64,000 bases of DNA from Octopus vulgaris (lineage: Eukaryota). The stretch spans positions 41,167,015 through 41,231,014 of the forward strand of contig OX597839.1 in the NCBI GenBank assembly GCA_951406725.2. Direction: 5' to 3'. Below, piece after piece: positions 25,504-39,058 of this stretch. Below the pieces are notes generated by a model. That model was not told the origin of the DNA and ran no database searches. It saw only the letters and a program-made list of their open reading frames with translations. The position numbers and the translations under genes were made by a program. The first letter of the stretch is position 1, and each line of letters begins with the position of its first letter.

Positions 25504-26125
25504 GAAGCCAGCCAAGGCGGCGCTGGCATCGGCCACGACATCAGCATCGCATCATCGTTGTTAAAATATTGTTTCTGTATCAAACTTCTGCTTCTTTCAA
25601 AGCAAATAAACTTTGAAACCCCATGAAAATCCCAACAGAAATATTATAAATGGTTTTGAAGTTGAAGAGGAAGAAAGTAATTCTTCCTAATTTTGGCCCA
25701 AGGCCAGCAATTTTGAGGAGAATTGGGTGGGATAAGTTGATTACACTGTTCCCAGTAGATGACTGGTACTTCATTTTATTAGTCCTGAATGGATGAAAAG
25801 CTAAGTTGACCCCAGTGGTTTTTGAACATAATAAACGTTTCTACAGTAGGAACAAGGCCTGAAATTTTTTGGGGAGGGGATGAATCGATTATACCAACCC
25901 CAGTATTCAACTAGTACTTATTTTTCTGAACCTGAAAGGATGAAAGGCAAAGTTAACCTTAGTAGAATTTGAACTCACCAAAATGCCAGCCCCTCCCCCG
26001 TCCCCAACTCTGCAGGTGTTGACATGCACCAGTTGATGGCATCAATCTCAATTTTTTTAGGGGATCTGTGAATACCACAGTCCCTGCTCCTTCTAGAATC
26101 AGCTAGTAAAAAAAAAATAAAGAAA

Positions 26126-27077
26126 GAGGGAAATTTAAACAAACCCTATAAAATCATATGACCCCTTTAAACACATAAGGTATAAAGGACATTACAAAAC
26201 ACACTCACGTCATCTGGAGATTTAAAAAGTAAAATTTTTGGACTGTAGTGTTTTATGATAAATCATGGAGTGTCAAATCCTGCTGGTCTGAAAGTAAAAG
26301 TTGTGATCTGTGCACAGCAGAGAAGAGTCCTTAAAACCCTAAACAAGGTTTCTGTGTAAATGCCAGATCAGAGATACTAAGGAAATGCAGACCGTTTGAA
26401 AAATACTTGTTATGCAATTGAAAGACACTACCTTCAGTTGAATGAGGGAAATTTAAACAAACCCTATAAAATCATATGACCCCTTTAAACACATAAGGTA
26501 TAAAGGACATTACAAAACACACTCACTTCATCTGGAGATTTAAAAAGTAAAATTTTTGGGCTGCAGTGTTTTATGATAAATCATGGAGTGTCAAATCCTG
26601 CTGGTCTGAAAGTAAAAGTTGTGATCTGTGCACAGCAGAGAAGAGTCCTTAAAACCCTAAACAAGGTTTCTGTGTAAATGCCAGATCAGAGATACTAAGG
26701 AAATGCAGACCGTTTGAAAAATACTTGTTATGCAATTGAAAGACACTACCTTCAGTTGAATGAGGGAAATTTAAACAAACCCTATAAAATCATATGACCC
26801 CTTTAAACACATAAGATATGAAGGACATTACAAAACGCACTCACTTCATCTGGAGATTTAAAAAGTAAAATTTTTGGACTGCAGTGTTTTAAGATAAATC
26901 ATGGAGTGTCAAATCCTGCTGGTCTGAAAGTAAAAGTTGTGATCTGTGCACAGCAGAGAAGAGTCCTTAAAACTCTAAACAAGGTTTCTGTGTAAATGCT
27001 AGATCAGAGATACTAAGGAAATGCAGACTGTTTGAAAAATACTTGTTATGCAATTGAAATACGCTACCTTCAGTTGA
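26126..27077 (+). mobile_element. 3 x 318-bp tandem array of a decayed Penelope-like GIY-YIG C-terminal coding segment
   Basis: Units start at 26126, 26444, 26762. One frame gives KSCWSESKSCDLCTAEKSP*NPKQGFCVNARSEILRKCRPFEKYLLCN*. Confidence 0.78.
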
Positions 27078-27564
27078 CTACAATTGCATTTCATAAGACA
27101 AGGTTTCTCACTTACGTGTCTCATTACAATTTCTGGAAAAGATGTTGTGATTGGTTATTTCCTTCTTTGGAAATAACCAATCTTCTAGTTTCCTCCTTCT
27201 ATCACTCACCTTCATTTTTATTTTCACTTTTCTGGCCTACATTCAATTTCTCCTTTCCCACCAATGACGGTTAGTCTCCCTTTATTACATTTAATTTCAG
27301 TTATTCCCCTCCCCCGCCCCCAAATTAACAACAATCTATGTTATAACTTACGCCAACGATTTAATGTCAAAATTAACGGGGAAGTAACTCACAAGCGCTC
27401 GAGGATGAGTTATTTACCTTGATCTAAGTGAAAGTTTGGGAAGATTTTTTTTAAAACCATTTCTCAACGTTTTTCATATGGAAATAAACAGGATCTGAAG
27501 ACTGAACGGTAGAAACGGCACATGTGATAAGTTCGCTTATATTGTTTTATAAATACACATTCAT

Positions 27565-27597
<33 letters not shown>

Positions 27598-27860
27598 CAC
27601 AAGAAAAAACCCCACCTTTTATCAATTCAAAATATAATAGAAATATTAAAATTAAAATAACAATAAAATACCAATGATTAAGTAAATTGCAAAAAAAGAA
27701 TAAAAACGTATATAATTTTTTTATATTATATTTTTTTTTGCAATTTACTTAATCATTGGTATTTTATTGTTATTTTAATTTTAATATTTCTATCATATGT
27801 AATTTTCTAGATGGTGTAATTTAATTGTTCATTTTGAATTGATAAAAGGTGGTTTTTGTC

Positions 27861-27908
<48 letters not shown>

Positions 27909-28259
27909 TGTATTGGAAGGTTTGGAGATGATGTACAGGTATTATATATTAGAAGAAATGAGGTACTCAGAAGATCAGATGGTTTATATTTACAGATATT
28001 TATTTATATATTACATTTTTTATATATATATCATATCACTTAGTTCATTAGTGCTTTCTCCCATTCTAGTGGGGTTTTCAAATCAAACTAAGTTTGTAAT
28101 ATATAAATAAATATCTGTAAATATAAACCATCCAATCTTCTGAATACCTCATTTCTTCTAATACATATATATATATATATATTATATTGTGTGAAATTTG
28201 ATTTAGTATTTCTAAATTGAATTTTTTTCCCTGTAAGTTTGGATTAATATTCCCTCAAA

Positions 28260-28305
<46 letters not shown>

Positions 28306-28706
28306 AGGATCAGAATCGAAATCGATCAATGGAAATTGCAGATGTGTTACCAGTGCCGGTGGCATGTAAGAGAACCTTCCGTTTCACGACCGTTGCCAGC
28401 ACCGCCCCGTTTCGTGTTCGTTGCCAGCCTCGCCTGGCCCTCGTGCCGGTGGCACATAAAAAACACCATCCGTTCGTGGCCGTTTGCCAGCTCTGGCTGG
28501 CACCAGTGCGGGTGGCACGTAAAAAGCACCCACTACACTCACGGAGTGGTTGGCGTTAGGAAGGGCATCCAGCCGTAGAAACATTGCCAGATTTGACTGG
28601 GCCTGATGAAGCCTTCTGGCTTCACAGACCCCAGCAGAACCGTCCAACCCATGCTAGCATGGAAAACGGACGCTAAATGATGATGATGATGATACATACA
28701 TACATT

Positions 28707-29580
28707 CAGGGTTTTGCAAAGAAACTGAGACAATTTTTACGATACATAAAGCAAGTTATAAATACTAAAATAGCAGTAATAGACACATATTATTTTAATG
28801 TAACATTTATTACAACAAAAACAGTTATCACCCAATATGGCTGCCCTTTTGGGAAATTTCTGCCTCCACACGAGAATGAAACTTTTGTGCTGCTGCTGCT
28901 GCAGCCTCCACCGTTTTGATTTTGCATGTTGCACGCATGATGCAGATCTTCAAACTGTTGACACTCAAGTGTGGTGAAGCATTGGCCCTTGCTTGGTGTA
29001 TTGCCCCGTAAAAAGGTAATCGAGAAGGTTGAGGTCTGGGTTACTGCCGGGCCAGATGCTGGCCCTCACAAAAAAAAAATGGTGCTCTTTACTCTTTTAC
29101 TTGTTTCAGTCAATTGACTGCGGCCATGCTGGAGCACCGCCTTTAATCGAGCAATTTGACCCCGAATTGTGTGGTAGGGAGCTTGCTTTCCAATGACATG
29201 GTTCCAGGTTCAGTACTGATGCATGGCACCTAGGGCAAGTGTCTCTTACTATTGCCTCAGGCACACCAAAGACTTATTCTTTTGTAAGCCCAGTACTTAT
29301 TCTATCGGTCTCTTTTGCCAAACCGCTAAGTAACGGGGACATAAACACACCAGCATCGGTTGTCAAGCAATGCTAGGGGAACAAACACAAACACACACGT
29401 GCATATATATACATATATACGACGGGCTTCTTTCAGTTTCCATCTACCAAATCCACTCACAAGGCATTGGTCGGCCCGAGGCTATAGTAGAAGACACTTG
29501 CCCAAGGTGCCACGCAGTGGGACTGAACCTGGGACCATGTGGTTGGTAAACAAGCTACTTACCACACAGGCAGTCCTACA

Positions 29581-29624
<44 letters not shown>

Positions 29625-29637
29625 AGGCAGTCCTACA

Positions 29638-29682
<45 letters not shown>

Positions 29683-30272
29683 TATATGAGAAGTCTGAGG
29701 AATGGTACTGTGGAATGGTGCAGCAATTCTTGATAAGCACACGTTGTCAAGCCCAAACTTTTGGTCTATCCAAGGTAAGAGAGAGTTCTTCAGGATGTCC
29801 AGATACTCCTCTGTGCCGATCTTCAAGCCAGACTCAATGAAGTGTGCCCATCATCATCATCATCATCATCATCATCGTTTAACGTCCGTTTTCCATGCTA
29901 GCATGGGTTGGACGGTTCGACCGGGGATCTGGGAAACCAGAAGTCTGCACCAGGCTCCAGTCTGATCTGGCAGTGTTTCTACAGCTGGATGCCCTTCCTA
30001 ATGCCAACCACTCTGAGAGTGTAGTGGGTGCTTTTTATGTGCCAGGCGAGGCTGGCAATGGCCACGATCGCATCGGTGCTTTTTATGTGGTGCCAAAACA
30101 GCAATGGCAGAACGATTCTCTTGTTCCATGACTTTCTGTTGTTGAATCAGTTTGCTATTTACCTGAAAAATAAAAATGGGGATTAGATTTTCAAGCAAGC
30201 AAAAGCTTCGTCAGAAAATGAAGTGTGAAACCCACTGCTTAAAATTGGTCTCAGTTTATCTACAAGACTCTG
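28707..30272 (-). mobile_element. Decayed Tc1/mariner-superfamily (maT-like) DNA transposon interrupted by SINEs
   Basis: TIRs CAGGGTTTTGCAAAGAAACTGAGACAATTTT / CAGAGTCTTGTAGATAAACTGAGACCAATTTT. Transposase remnants SIWPGSNPDLNLLDY (29016-29060) and GLKIGTEEYLDILKNSLLPWI (~29765-29830). Confidence 0.82.
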
Positions 30273-30332
30273 TATAGTTTCATACACTCATATACACTCG
30301 TGTATGCATATGTGTATACACACATTTACATA

Positions 30333-30735
30333 CTTTACTCTTTTACTTGTTTCAGTCATTTGACTGCGGCCATGCTGGAGCACCGCCTTTAATCGAGCAA
30401 CTCGACCCCGGGACTTATTCTTTTTGTAAGCCCAGTACTTATTCTATTGGTCTCTTTTGCCGAACCGCTAGGTAACGGGGACATAAACACACCAGCATCG
30501 GTTGTCAAGCAATGCTAGGAGGACAAACACAGACACACAAACACACACACACACATATATATACATATATACGGCGGGCTTCTTTCAGTTTCCGTCTACC
30601 AAATCCACTCACAAGGCTTTGGTCGGCCTGAGGCTATAGTAGAAGACACTTGCCCAAGGTGCCACGCAGTGGAACTGAACCTGGGACCATGTGGTTGGTA
30701 AACAAGCTACTTACCACACAGCCACTCTTGCGCCT
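30333..30735 (-). mobile_element. SINE family A, full length
   Basis: Reverse-complement match to the family consensus. Confidence 0.92.
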
Positions 30736-30945
30736 ATACTTATATTTTGCTTACTCGTCTATATGTTGCACTAGTTCATTCTCAGTTTTAACGTTAAAGA
30801 ACTGAGATGCAACGTGGCAAAGTTAAAAGTATAACAGAACGATATTTTGTTGTGTGGTTTAACACTAAATAAGGTGTTTGACTTATATACACATCTGGTA
30901 TATGTATTTTGTCCGTTTATGCATACCCACTATATATTACATGCG

Positions 30946-31190
30946 ATTGTAGTCAACTGAAGGTAGTGTCTTTCAATTGCATAACAAGTATTTTTCAAAC
31001 AGTCTACATTTCCTTAATATCTCTGATCTGACATTTACACAGAAACCTTGTTTAGGGTTTTAAGGACTCTTCTCTGCTGTGCACAGATCACAACTTTTTA
31101 CTTTCAAACCAGCAGGATTTGACACTCCATGATTTATCATAAAACACTACAGTCCAAAAATTTTACTTTTTAAATCTCCAGATGAAGTGT
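30946..31190 (-). mobile_element. Inverted partial copy of the 318-bp Penelope-like unit
   Basis: Reverse complement of ~26840-27084, including the CAGTTGACTACAAT flank. Confidence 0.9.
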
Positions 31191-31588
31191 GTGTGTGTGT
31201 GTGTGTGTGTGTCTTTGAGTTTGTGAATGTTTGGGTTTGCTACTTTCAGATGTGTGTGTGTGTGTGAGTGTGTAATATATAATTACGATTCAGTTGAATT
31301 AAGAACTTAATTGAGGTACCTTGATAGTTTGATATAGTTTGTACAGCTCCAAGGTGAACAGAATGTAAATGAGTAACAAGGATGTACAGGTGTCTATACA
31401 TTGCGGCCGTTTCAAGTGGCTCCATTCAATTAATCAATGAAGGCATAACATCATTTTGAAAGAAACCAGTCTCTTTAGAAGCTGATGACCATATAGGTTT
31501 CAATCACAAAGGAGAAACCATTTTTAATAAATTTACATCAATAACAGAGACCAAAATAATTACATTGTTTCCTTAGTTTTATGTTATA

Positions 31589-31965
31589 CTAGCAGTATCG
31601 CCCAGCGTTGCTCGGGTTTGGAAGGGAAATAACTATATAAGCATTTTTAGAGAGTTATAGCCCAAAAATGGAAAAATAAATGATAGTAAATTTTTTTTTA
31701 AATCGTTGACTCATAGTAGACATTTTTAGAGAGTTACTTCCCTTATATAATAGCGAAAAAAATGCATTAAAATGGAAAAAGATGATGGTAAATTTTTTTT
31801 TAAATCGTAGACTCATCATAGATGCGCGCTAATACCCAGAAGGGCTCAATATGAACACGACTATAAGATACCCGCTTTTGGTTAAACTACACCGCAAAAT
31901 GTGGGAGTAGTTAGGAATCTAAATCGTAGGAGACAGACACACAACTTCTCTTTTATATATAAAGA
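31589..31965 (-). mobile_element. Non-autonomous Helitron
   Basis: Minus strand: A|TCTTTATATATAAAAG...CCCGAGCAACGCTGGG hairpin...CTAG|T, no TSD. Confidence 0.85.
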
Positions 31966-32235
31966 TTTGTGTCAGAATGAGTTTAGAAAATATTGCATAT
32001 CTTGTTAAGCCTATCATAATTTAGAGAGTAGCAGAGGAAAATAGTTGGGGGTCAAGATATAGGAGAGATGTAGTTATTTATATTTAGAATATTTTATGCT
32101 GCTTGTAGCCCTCAACCATTTAGAATTAAATCCTTTGGGAGTTGTTAACTGTGTTCTATCTAGTTGGTGGTGATAAATCAATTAATGCCACACAAGCTTC
32201 CTAATTCTTGGTGTACTAGAACCAAATGTCTAGCT

Positions 32236-32357
32236 CAGTGGTTTTCAACCAGGGTTCCGCGGAACCTTAGGGTTCCGCCAGTACAGTCCAGGGGTTCCGC
32301 AAGAAGTTACAAAACTGCTAAAATCGGCAGTAATTTTTAATTCTCCTGTGCAGATAT
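32236..32357. mobile_element. hAT MITE end, truncated by a SINE
   Basis: CAGTGGTTTTCAACC terminus; homologous (inverted) to 39059-39261. Confidence 0.75.
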
Positions 32358-33360
32358 ACTCTTTTACTTGTTTCAGTCATTTGACTGTGGCCATGCTGGA
32401 GCACCGCCTTTAATCAAGCAACTCGACCCCGGGACTTATTCTTTTGTAAGCCCAGTATTTATTCTATCGGTCTCTTTTGCCGAACCGCTAAGTAACGGAG
32501 ACATAAACACACCAGCATTGGTTGTCAAGCAATGCTAGGGGGACAAACACAGACACACAAACAAACACATACATATATATACATATATACGACAGGCTTC
32601 TTTCAGTTTCCGTCTACCAAATCCACTCACAAGGCATTGGTCGGCCCGGGGCTATAGCAGAAGACACTTGCCCAAGATGCCACGCAGTGGGACTGAACCC
32701 ATAACCATGTGGTTGGTTAACAAGCTACTTACCACACAGCCACTCCTACGTTATTTTATGAAATTAAGAAAAATTTAAATTAATATATAGAAGAAGGATA
32801 GAAATTAAGCTTAAAACCTAATAATGGGATACTTTAACCCCTTAGTATTCCAACCGGTCACATCCGGCCAAAATATTTAATCTGTTTTTGTTCAAACTGA
32901 CCAGATCCAGGCTCTCACACCTACCCTACAATGTTATTCTACATTAAGTAATTACACCATCAAGATCTTGAAGATAGGCGCAGGAGTGGCTGTGTGGTAA
33001 GTAGCTTGCTAACCAACCACATGGTTCCGGGTTCAGTCCCACTGCGTGGCACCATGGGCAAGTGCCTTCTGCTATAGCCTCAGGCCGACCAATGCCTTGT
33101 GAGTGGATTTGGTAGACGGAAACTGAAAGAAGCCCATCGTATATATGTGTGTGTGTGTGTGTGTGTGTGCATGTATGTTTGTGTGTCTGTGTTTGTCCCC
33201 CTAGTGTGTTTATGTCCCTGTTACTTAGCAGTTCGGCAAAAGAGACCGATAGAATAAGTACTGGGCTTACAAAAGAATAAGTCCCGGGGTCGAGTTGCTT
33301 GATTAAAGGCGGTGCTCCAGCATTGCCGCAGTCAAATGACTGAATCAAGTAAAAGAGTAT
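32358..33360. mobile_element. Head-to-head SINE family A pair (32358-32750 -, 32977-33360 +)
   Basis: Two consensus matches in opposite orientation about 230 bp apart. Confidence 0.88.
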
Positions 33361-34161
33361 ATATAAATATATTAAATTAAAGATAAAACCACTATTAGGC
33401 AAATTTAATATATATATTTATACTGTAAAATTAGATTTAATCCTAAATCTAATTTTTCCCTGTAAGTTTGGATTTACTCCCTAATATTATTATATATATA
33501 TATATATGTTCTTTTGTTCCATTGTTTATTTATACACTCGCTGTATGATATATACTGCTCTGTTGTGTATAGTCACTGTGTATGCACCTGGTACATATGT
33601 GTGTGTGTATACACCTGTTATATATTATATACTGTTTAAGTTTGTATATTTACTGATATTTCTCTTATAGTATCCAAGAGTGTATATTTACTACATTAAT
33701 ACATGATATGTGTGATACACAAACACACACACACACAAACACTCACTCACAGACACTTATACATTACACAGACATATTTAATGACTTACGTAAGGGGGGA
33801 AGGACATTTTGGGGCATCAAACAGCCACAGCCATTTTCCTATTTGGTGAACTTCATCCTCACAGCTAAACGCAGGAGCAAATATGACTTATCTCAGGACT
33901 ACTCCAATGTTCTAATTTCCATGGTTACACACACACACACACACATACTGCTTTCATGACATCACCCAAATTCTGTGACATTTAAATGTCTCACTGCTTT
34001 TGAGATGAATTATTGATTTAGGCATGATTGACACAGCTTCACAATTTTTTTTTTTGATCTCCTTAATTAAATGCCTAAATGTCTATAATGAGATTTATAA
34101 TCTTTCCAGTTTGTAAACTAATCTTTACTGCATGTATTTAATATGTGTGTGTGCATATAGC

Positions 34162-34226
<65 letters not shown>

Positions 34227-34506
34227 GTATGTATATATATATATGTGTGTGTGTGTATATATATATATATAAAATATATATACACACATACATACATACA
34301 TATATCTGTTAATGTAATATGTGACAATTATTCGGTAGCCATGATAAAATTCCGAGTTTCGGATGCCGAGGTGGAAATCCACACCAGCTTGGCATCCAAA
34401 ACTTATCCAAAATAATTGTCACATATTACATTTACAGATAAATTCCTCTATTTACATAATATCGAGGTCTCTTTCTTTGTTTTGTTGTCTTTCCATTTTT
34501 TTATCA

Positions 34507-34537
<31 letters not shown>

Positions 34538-34830
34538 TACATACATACGAGACAAATTGGAAATAATGGTTATTACATATAATTTCCTTTATTAGAGCAA
34601 AACTTGCCAAACTTGCTCTAATAACGGAATAATGTGTAATAACCGTTGTTTTAAACTTGCTTCTTATATATCAGTCTGTAAAAAACCCATTTGTTTGCAG
34701 CCCATCCACAGACTTTATGTATAGAATTGTGATGAACCCTAGTCTAAGTAGCATTGCTAGCCTGGTGTGTGCCGACAGAGAGCATATGAAGTATTTTGCC
34801 CAGATAGATAATCTCTCACTATTTGTTCTA

Positions 34831-34883
<53 letters not shown>

Positions 34884-35641
34884 TCATCATCATCATCGTT
34901 TAATGTCTGTTTGTATGCTAGCATGGGTTGGACGGTTTGACCGGTGTCTGGGAAGCCAGGGGCTGCACCAGGCTCCAGTCTGATCTGACAGTGTTTCTAC
35001 TGCTGGATGCCCTTCCTAACGCCAACCACTCCACGAGTGTAGTCCACTCCGCGATATATATATATATATGTATGTATCATCATCATCATCATCGTTTAAC
35101 GTCTGTTTTCCACGCTAGCATGGGCTGGACGGTTCGACCGGGGATCTGAGAAGCCAGGAGGCTGCACCAGGCTCCAGTCTGATCTAGCAGTGTTTCTACA
35201 GCTGGATGCCCTTCCTAATGCCACCAACTCCGTGAGTTTAGTGGGTGCTTTTTACGTGCCACTGGCACAGGTGCCAGGGGAGGTTGGCAAACGGCCACGA
35301 TCGGTTGGTGCTTTTTACGTTCCACTGGCACGGAAGCCACTCTCTCTCTCTCTGTATATATATATATATATATATAATAACAAAGGGTGAAATTAATTAA
35401 TTAAGTAATCAGTAATTTCACCAAGTAGAATTCGACATGAAAAGGACCATTTCATGGTAAGCTTAAAGTAATACTTTATAAATAGGGTTCAGCAATGATT
35501 TGCTTCACCACATACCGAAGTTTAGAAATAGCAGTCAAAAAAGAAGGAATAGCTAAGATTTTTTGACTGCTATTTCTAAACTTCGGTATGTGGTGAAGCA
35601 AATCGTTGCTGAACCCTATTTATAAAGTATATATATATATA

Positions 35642-37265
35642 GGCGCAGGAGTGGCTGTGTGGTAAGTAGCTTGCTAAGCAACCACATGGTTCCGGGTTCA
35701 GTCCCACAGCGTGGTATCTTGGGCAAGTGTCTTATGCTATAGCCCCGGGCCGACCAATGCCTTGTGAGTGGATTTGGTAGACGGAAACTGAAAGAAGCCT
35801 GTCGTATATATGTATATATATATGTATATATATATATGTATGTGTGTGTGTGTTTGTGTGTCTGTGTTTGTCCCCTAGCATTGCTTGACAACAAATGCTG
35901 GTGTGTTTACGTCCCCGTCACTTAGCGGTTCGGCAAAAGAGACCGATAGAATAAGTACTGGGCTTACAAAAGAATAAGTCCCGGGGTTGATTTGCTCGAC
36001 TAAAAAAAGGCGGTGCTCCAGCTTGACCGCAGTCAAATGACTGAAACAAGTAAAAGAGTAAAAGAGTATATATAATCACAGCCTCAGAATTTTATTGCTG
36101 TCGTATAGTCTGAGAGGGTTGAGAAGTTGTGATGTTGATGTTTTTTTTCCTGAAGCCTATATAACGCTGTATTGTCATAATTGTCTTTTGAATCGTTCTC
36201 TGATTAGAGTTATCTCCCTTGATCTATACCGCTGGAACATTCTCGGCTGACCTATGATCACCAAACACGTTCGGGCATAGTGTATCTAGGACTAAATTCT
36301 TAACAGGTCGCCTTTGCCTTTCATGTTTTTTTAAATTTTTGGTTAGTGGTGGTAGGTGTCAGTGAGATAAGTACCAGTTGAGCTACTGGGGTCGATGTAT
36401 TTGACTTGTCCCCTCGCCACAAAATACCAGCCCTTGTGCCTTTGATTGTACCAATATTGTTCTACTCTTTTACTCTCTCTTTTACTTGTTTCAGTCATTT
36501 GACTGCGGCCATGCTGGAGCACCGCCCTTTAGTCAAGCAAATCGACCCCGGGACTTATTCTTTTGTAAGCCCAGTACTTAATTCTATCGGTCTCTTTTTG
36601 CCGAACCGCTAAGTGACGGGGACGTAAACACACCAACATCGGTTGTCAAGCAATGGTAGGGGGACAAACACAGACACACAAACATACACACATACACACA
36701 CATACATATATATATATACATATATATGACGGGCTTCTTTCAGTTTCTGTCTACCAAATCCACTCACAAGGCTTTTTCGGCCCGAGGCTATAGTAGAAGA
36801 CACTTACCCAAGGTGCCACGCAGTGGGGCTGAACCCGGAAACATGTGGTTGGTAAACAAGCTACTTACCACACAGCCACTCCTGCCCCCATCATAGTTTT
36901 TGTTTAGATGCGGGCATGGCTGTGTGGTTAAGAAGCTTTCTTCCCAACCATGTGGTTTCAGGTTCAGTCTCACTGCACAGCATTTCAGGCTGGTGTCTTC
37001 TACTATAGTTCAGAGCCAACCAGTGTCTTGTAGGCAGACAGAAACTGTGTGGAATGTTATCATAGTCTATATTTGTTCCCCACCCCCACTGCTGTGTTGG
37101 TTTGTTTGCATCCCTATAATCTATGGTTCAACAAAACAAGCTGATAGACGAGACTCAAAAAAAAAATTTTTTTTAAACAAATAGATATTGGGGTCAATTT
37201 GTTTGAGTAAACCCTTCATAGTGGTGCTCCAGCATGGCCACAGTCCAGTGACTGAAATAAATTAA
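35642..37265. mobile_element. SINE family A cluster (35642-36068 +, 36463-36888 -, 36909-37265 + diverged)
   Basis: Matches to the family consensus. Confidence 0.85.
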
Positions 37266-37892
37266 AGGTTATTATCAATGAATGCTTGTAGAAAGAGACA
37301 GAAACAAAATGTTATGTTGCTTCTTTCTATATTCTGTTTCAATTCCTGTCTAGGTTGATTTTTTTTTTTTTTACCTTTCATCATGTTGTGACCAATAAAA
37401 TAAGTACCTGTAATATACTGGGGCATGACAAAATTTACTGTACACTCCCCCCACTCCACCCTGAAGTGTGTGGCCATGCGTCTATGAGAAATCATTATTA
37501 CCACTTCACAGACTGCTGGTTATTCTCTTTGAAGTGCTTTCATTTAATTTTCATCTGTTTTACATCTTTACATCTGTTGTGTGCATTGTATATCTGTTGT
37601 GTGTTATACAAGTGGTTTATGCAGTGTATATATGTTGTGCACATTGTATGCATGATGTGCATGTTGCATTCCTACTATGTGTTTTTAGCATCTTTTATTA
37701 TGTGGTTTACATCTGTTGTGTGTATTTAACACCAGTATCTGCATTCTACATCTGTTGTGTGCATTCTACATCTGCTATGAACATCTAACATCTGTTGTGT
37801 GTGTTTAGCATCTGTTTTTATATGTTTTACTTCTGCTCTGTGTGTGTACCATCTGTTGCATTTATCTTACGTCTGTAGTTCTATATTTAAAA

Positions 37893-38543
37893 GCAGGAGT
37901 GGCTGTGTGGTAAGTAGCTTGCTAACCAACCACATGGCTCCGGGTTCAGTCCCACTGCGTGGCACCTTGGGCAAGTGTCTTCTGCTATAGCCCCGGGCCG
38001 ACCAATGCCTTGTGAGTGGATTTGGTAGACGGAAACTGAAAGAAGCCTGTCGTATATATGTATATATATATATGTATGCGTGTGTATATGTTTGTGTGTC
38101 TGTGTTTGTCTCCCTAGCATTGCTTGACAACCAATGCTGGTGTGTTTACGTCCCCGTCACTTAGCGGTTCGGCAAAAAGAGACCGATAGAATAAGTACTG
38201 GGCTTACAAAAAATAAGTCCCAGGGTTGAGTTGCTCGATTAAAGGCGGTGCTCCAGCATGGCCGCAGTCAAACCGCTAAGTAACGGGGACGTAAACACAC
38301 CAGCATCGGTTGTCAAGCAATGCTAGGGGGACAAACACAGACACACAAACACACACGTACACATATACATACATATATACGACGGGCTTCTTTCAGTTTC
38401 CGTCTACCAAATCCACTCACAAGGCTTTGGTCGGCCCGAGGCTATAGTAGAAGACACTTGCCCAAGGTGCCACGCAGTGGGGCTGAACCTGGAACCATGT
38501 GGTTGGTAAACAAGCTACTTACCACACAGCCACTCCTGCGCCT
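37893..38543. mobile_element. Directly fused inverted SINE family A pair
   Basis: The + copy breaks at GCAGTCAA (~38271) and continues as a - copy from AACCGCTAAG to CCTGCGCC. Confidence 0.9.
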
Positions 38544-38676
38544 CAGCCGAAATTGCTAAGATGATCTGGTTCTTGACTGATGACTGAGGGCTTCGAATGT
38601 CCCGTCCTGTGGTTCTTGTGTCGTCTCTGTGGCGTTTCATGTTCTTGTCCATGTCTGTAATTATTTTTACTGTTTA

Positions 38677-38737
<61 letters not shown>

Positions 38738-39058
38738 CTGTTGCATCTATTACATTATATTATATATCAGTTTATATTATCACATATACTGTATATCCAT
38801 TGTATATGTTGTACATTTGTTTATTGTTTACACCTATTGTATATTCCGTGCATGCATTTTCCATGTTATTCATCTATCATGCATGTAGCACAACTGTTGT
38901 ATATCTTTCTACTGCATTGCATAGTGTTTTGTCTGTATTATCTTATGCCTGTCCTTAAATCCATTGTACATCTGTTTGGTATAACATCTGTTGCGTGTAA
39001 TACATTTGTAAAATACATGTGCTGTATTTTCTGGTATGCAAGTTGACATAGTATACAG

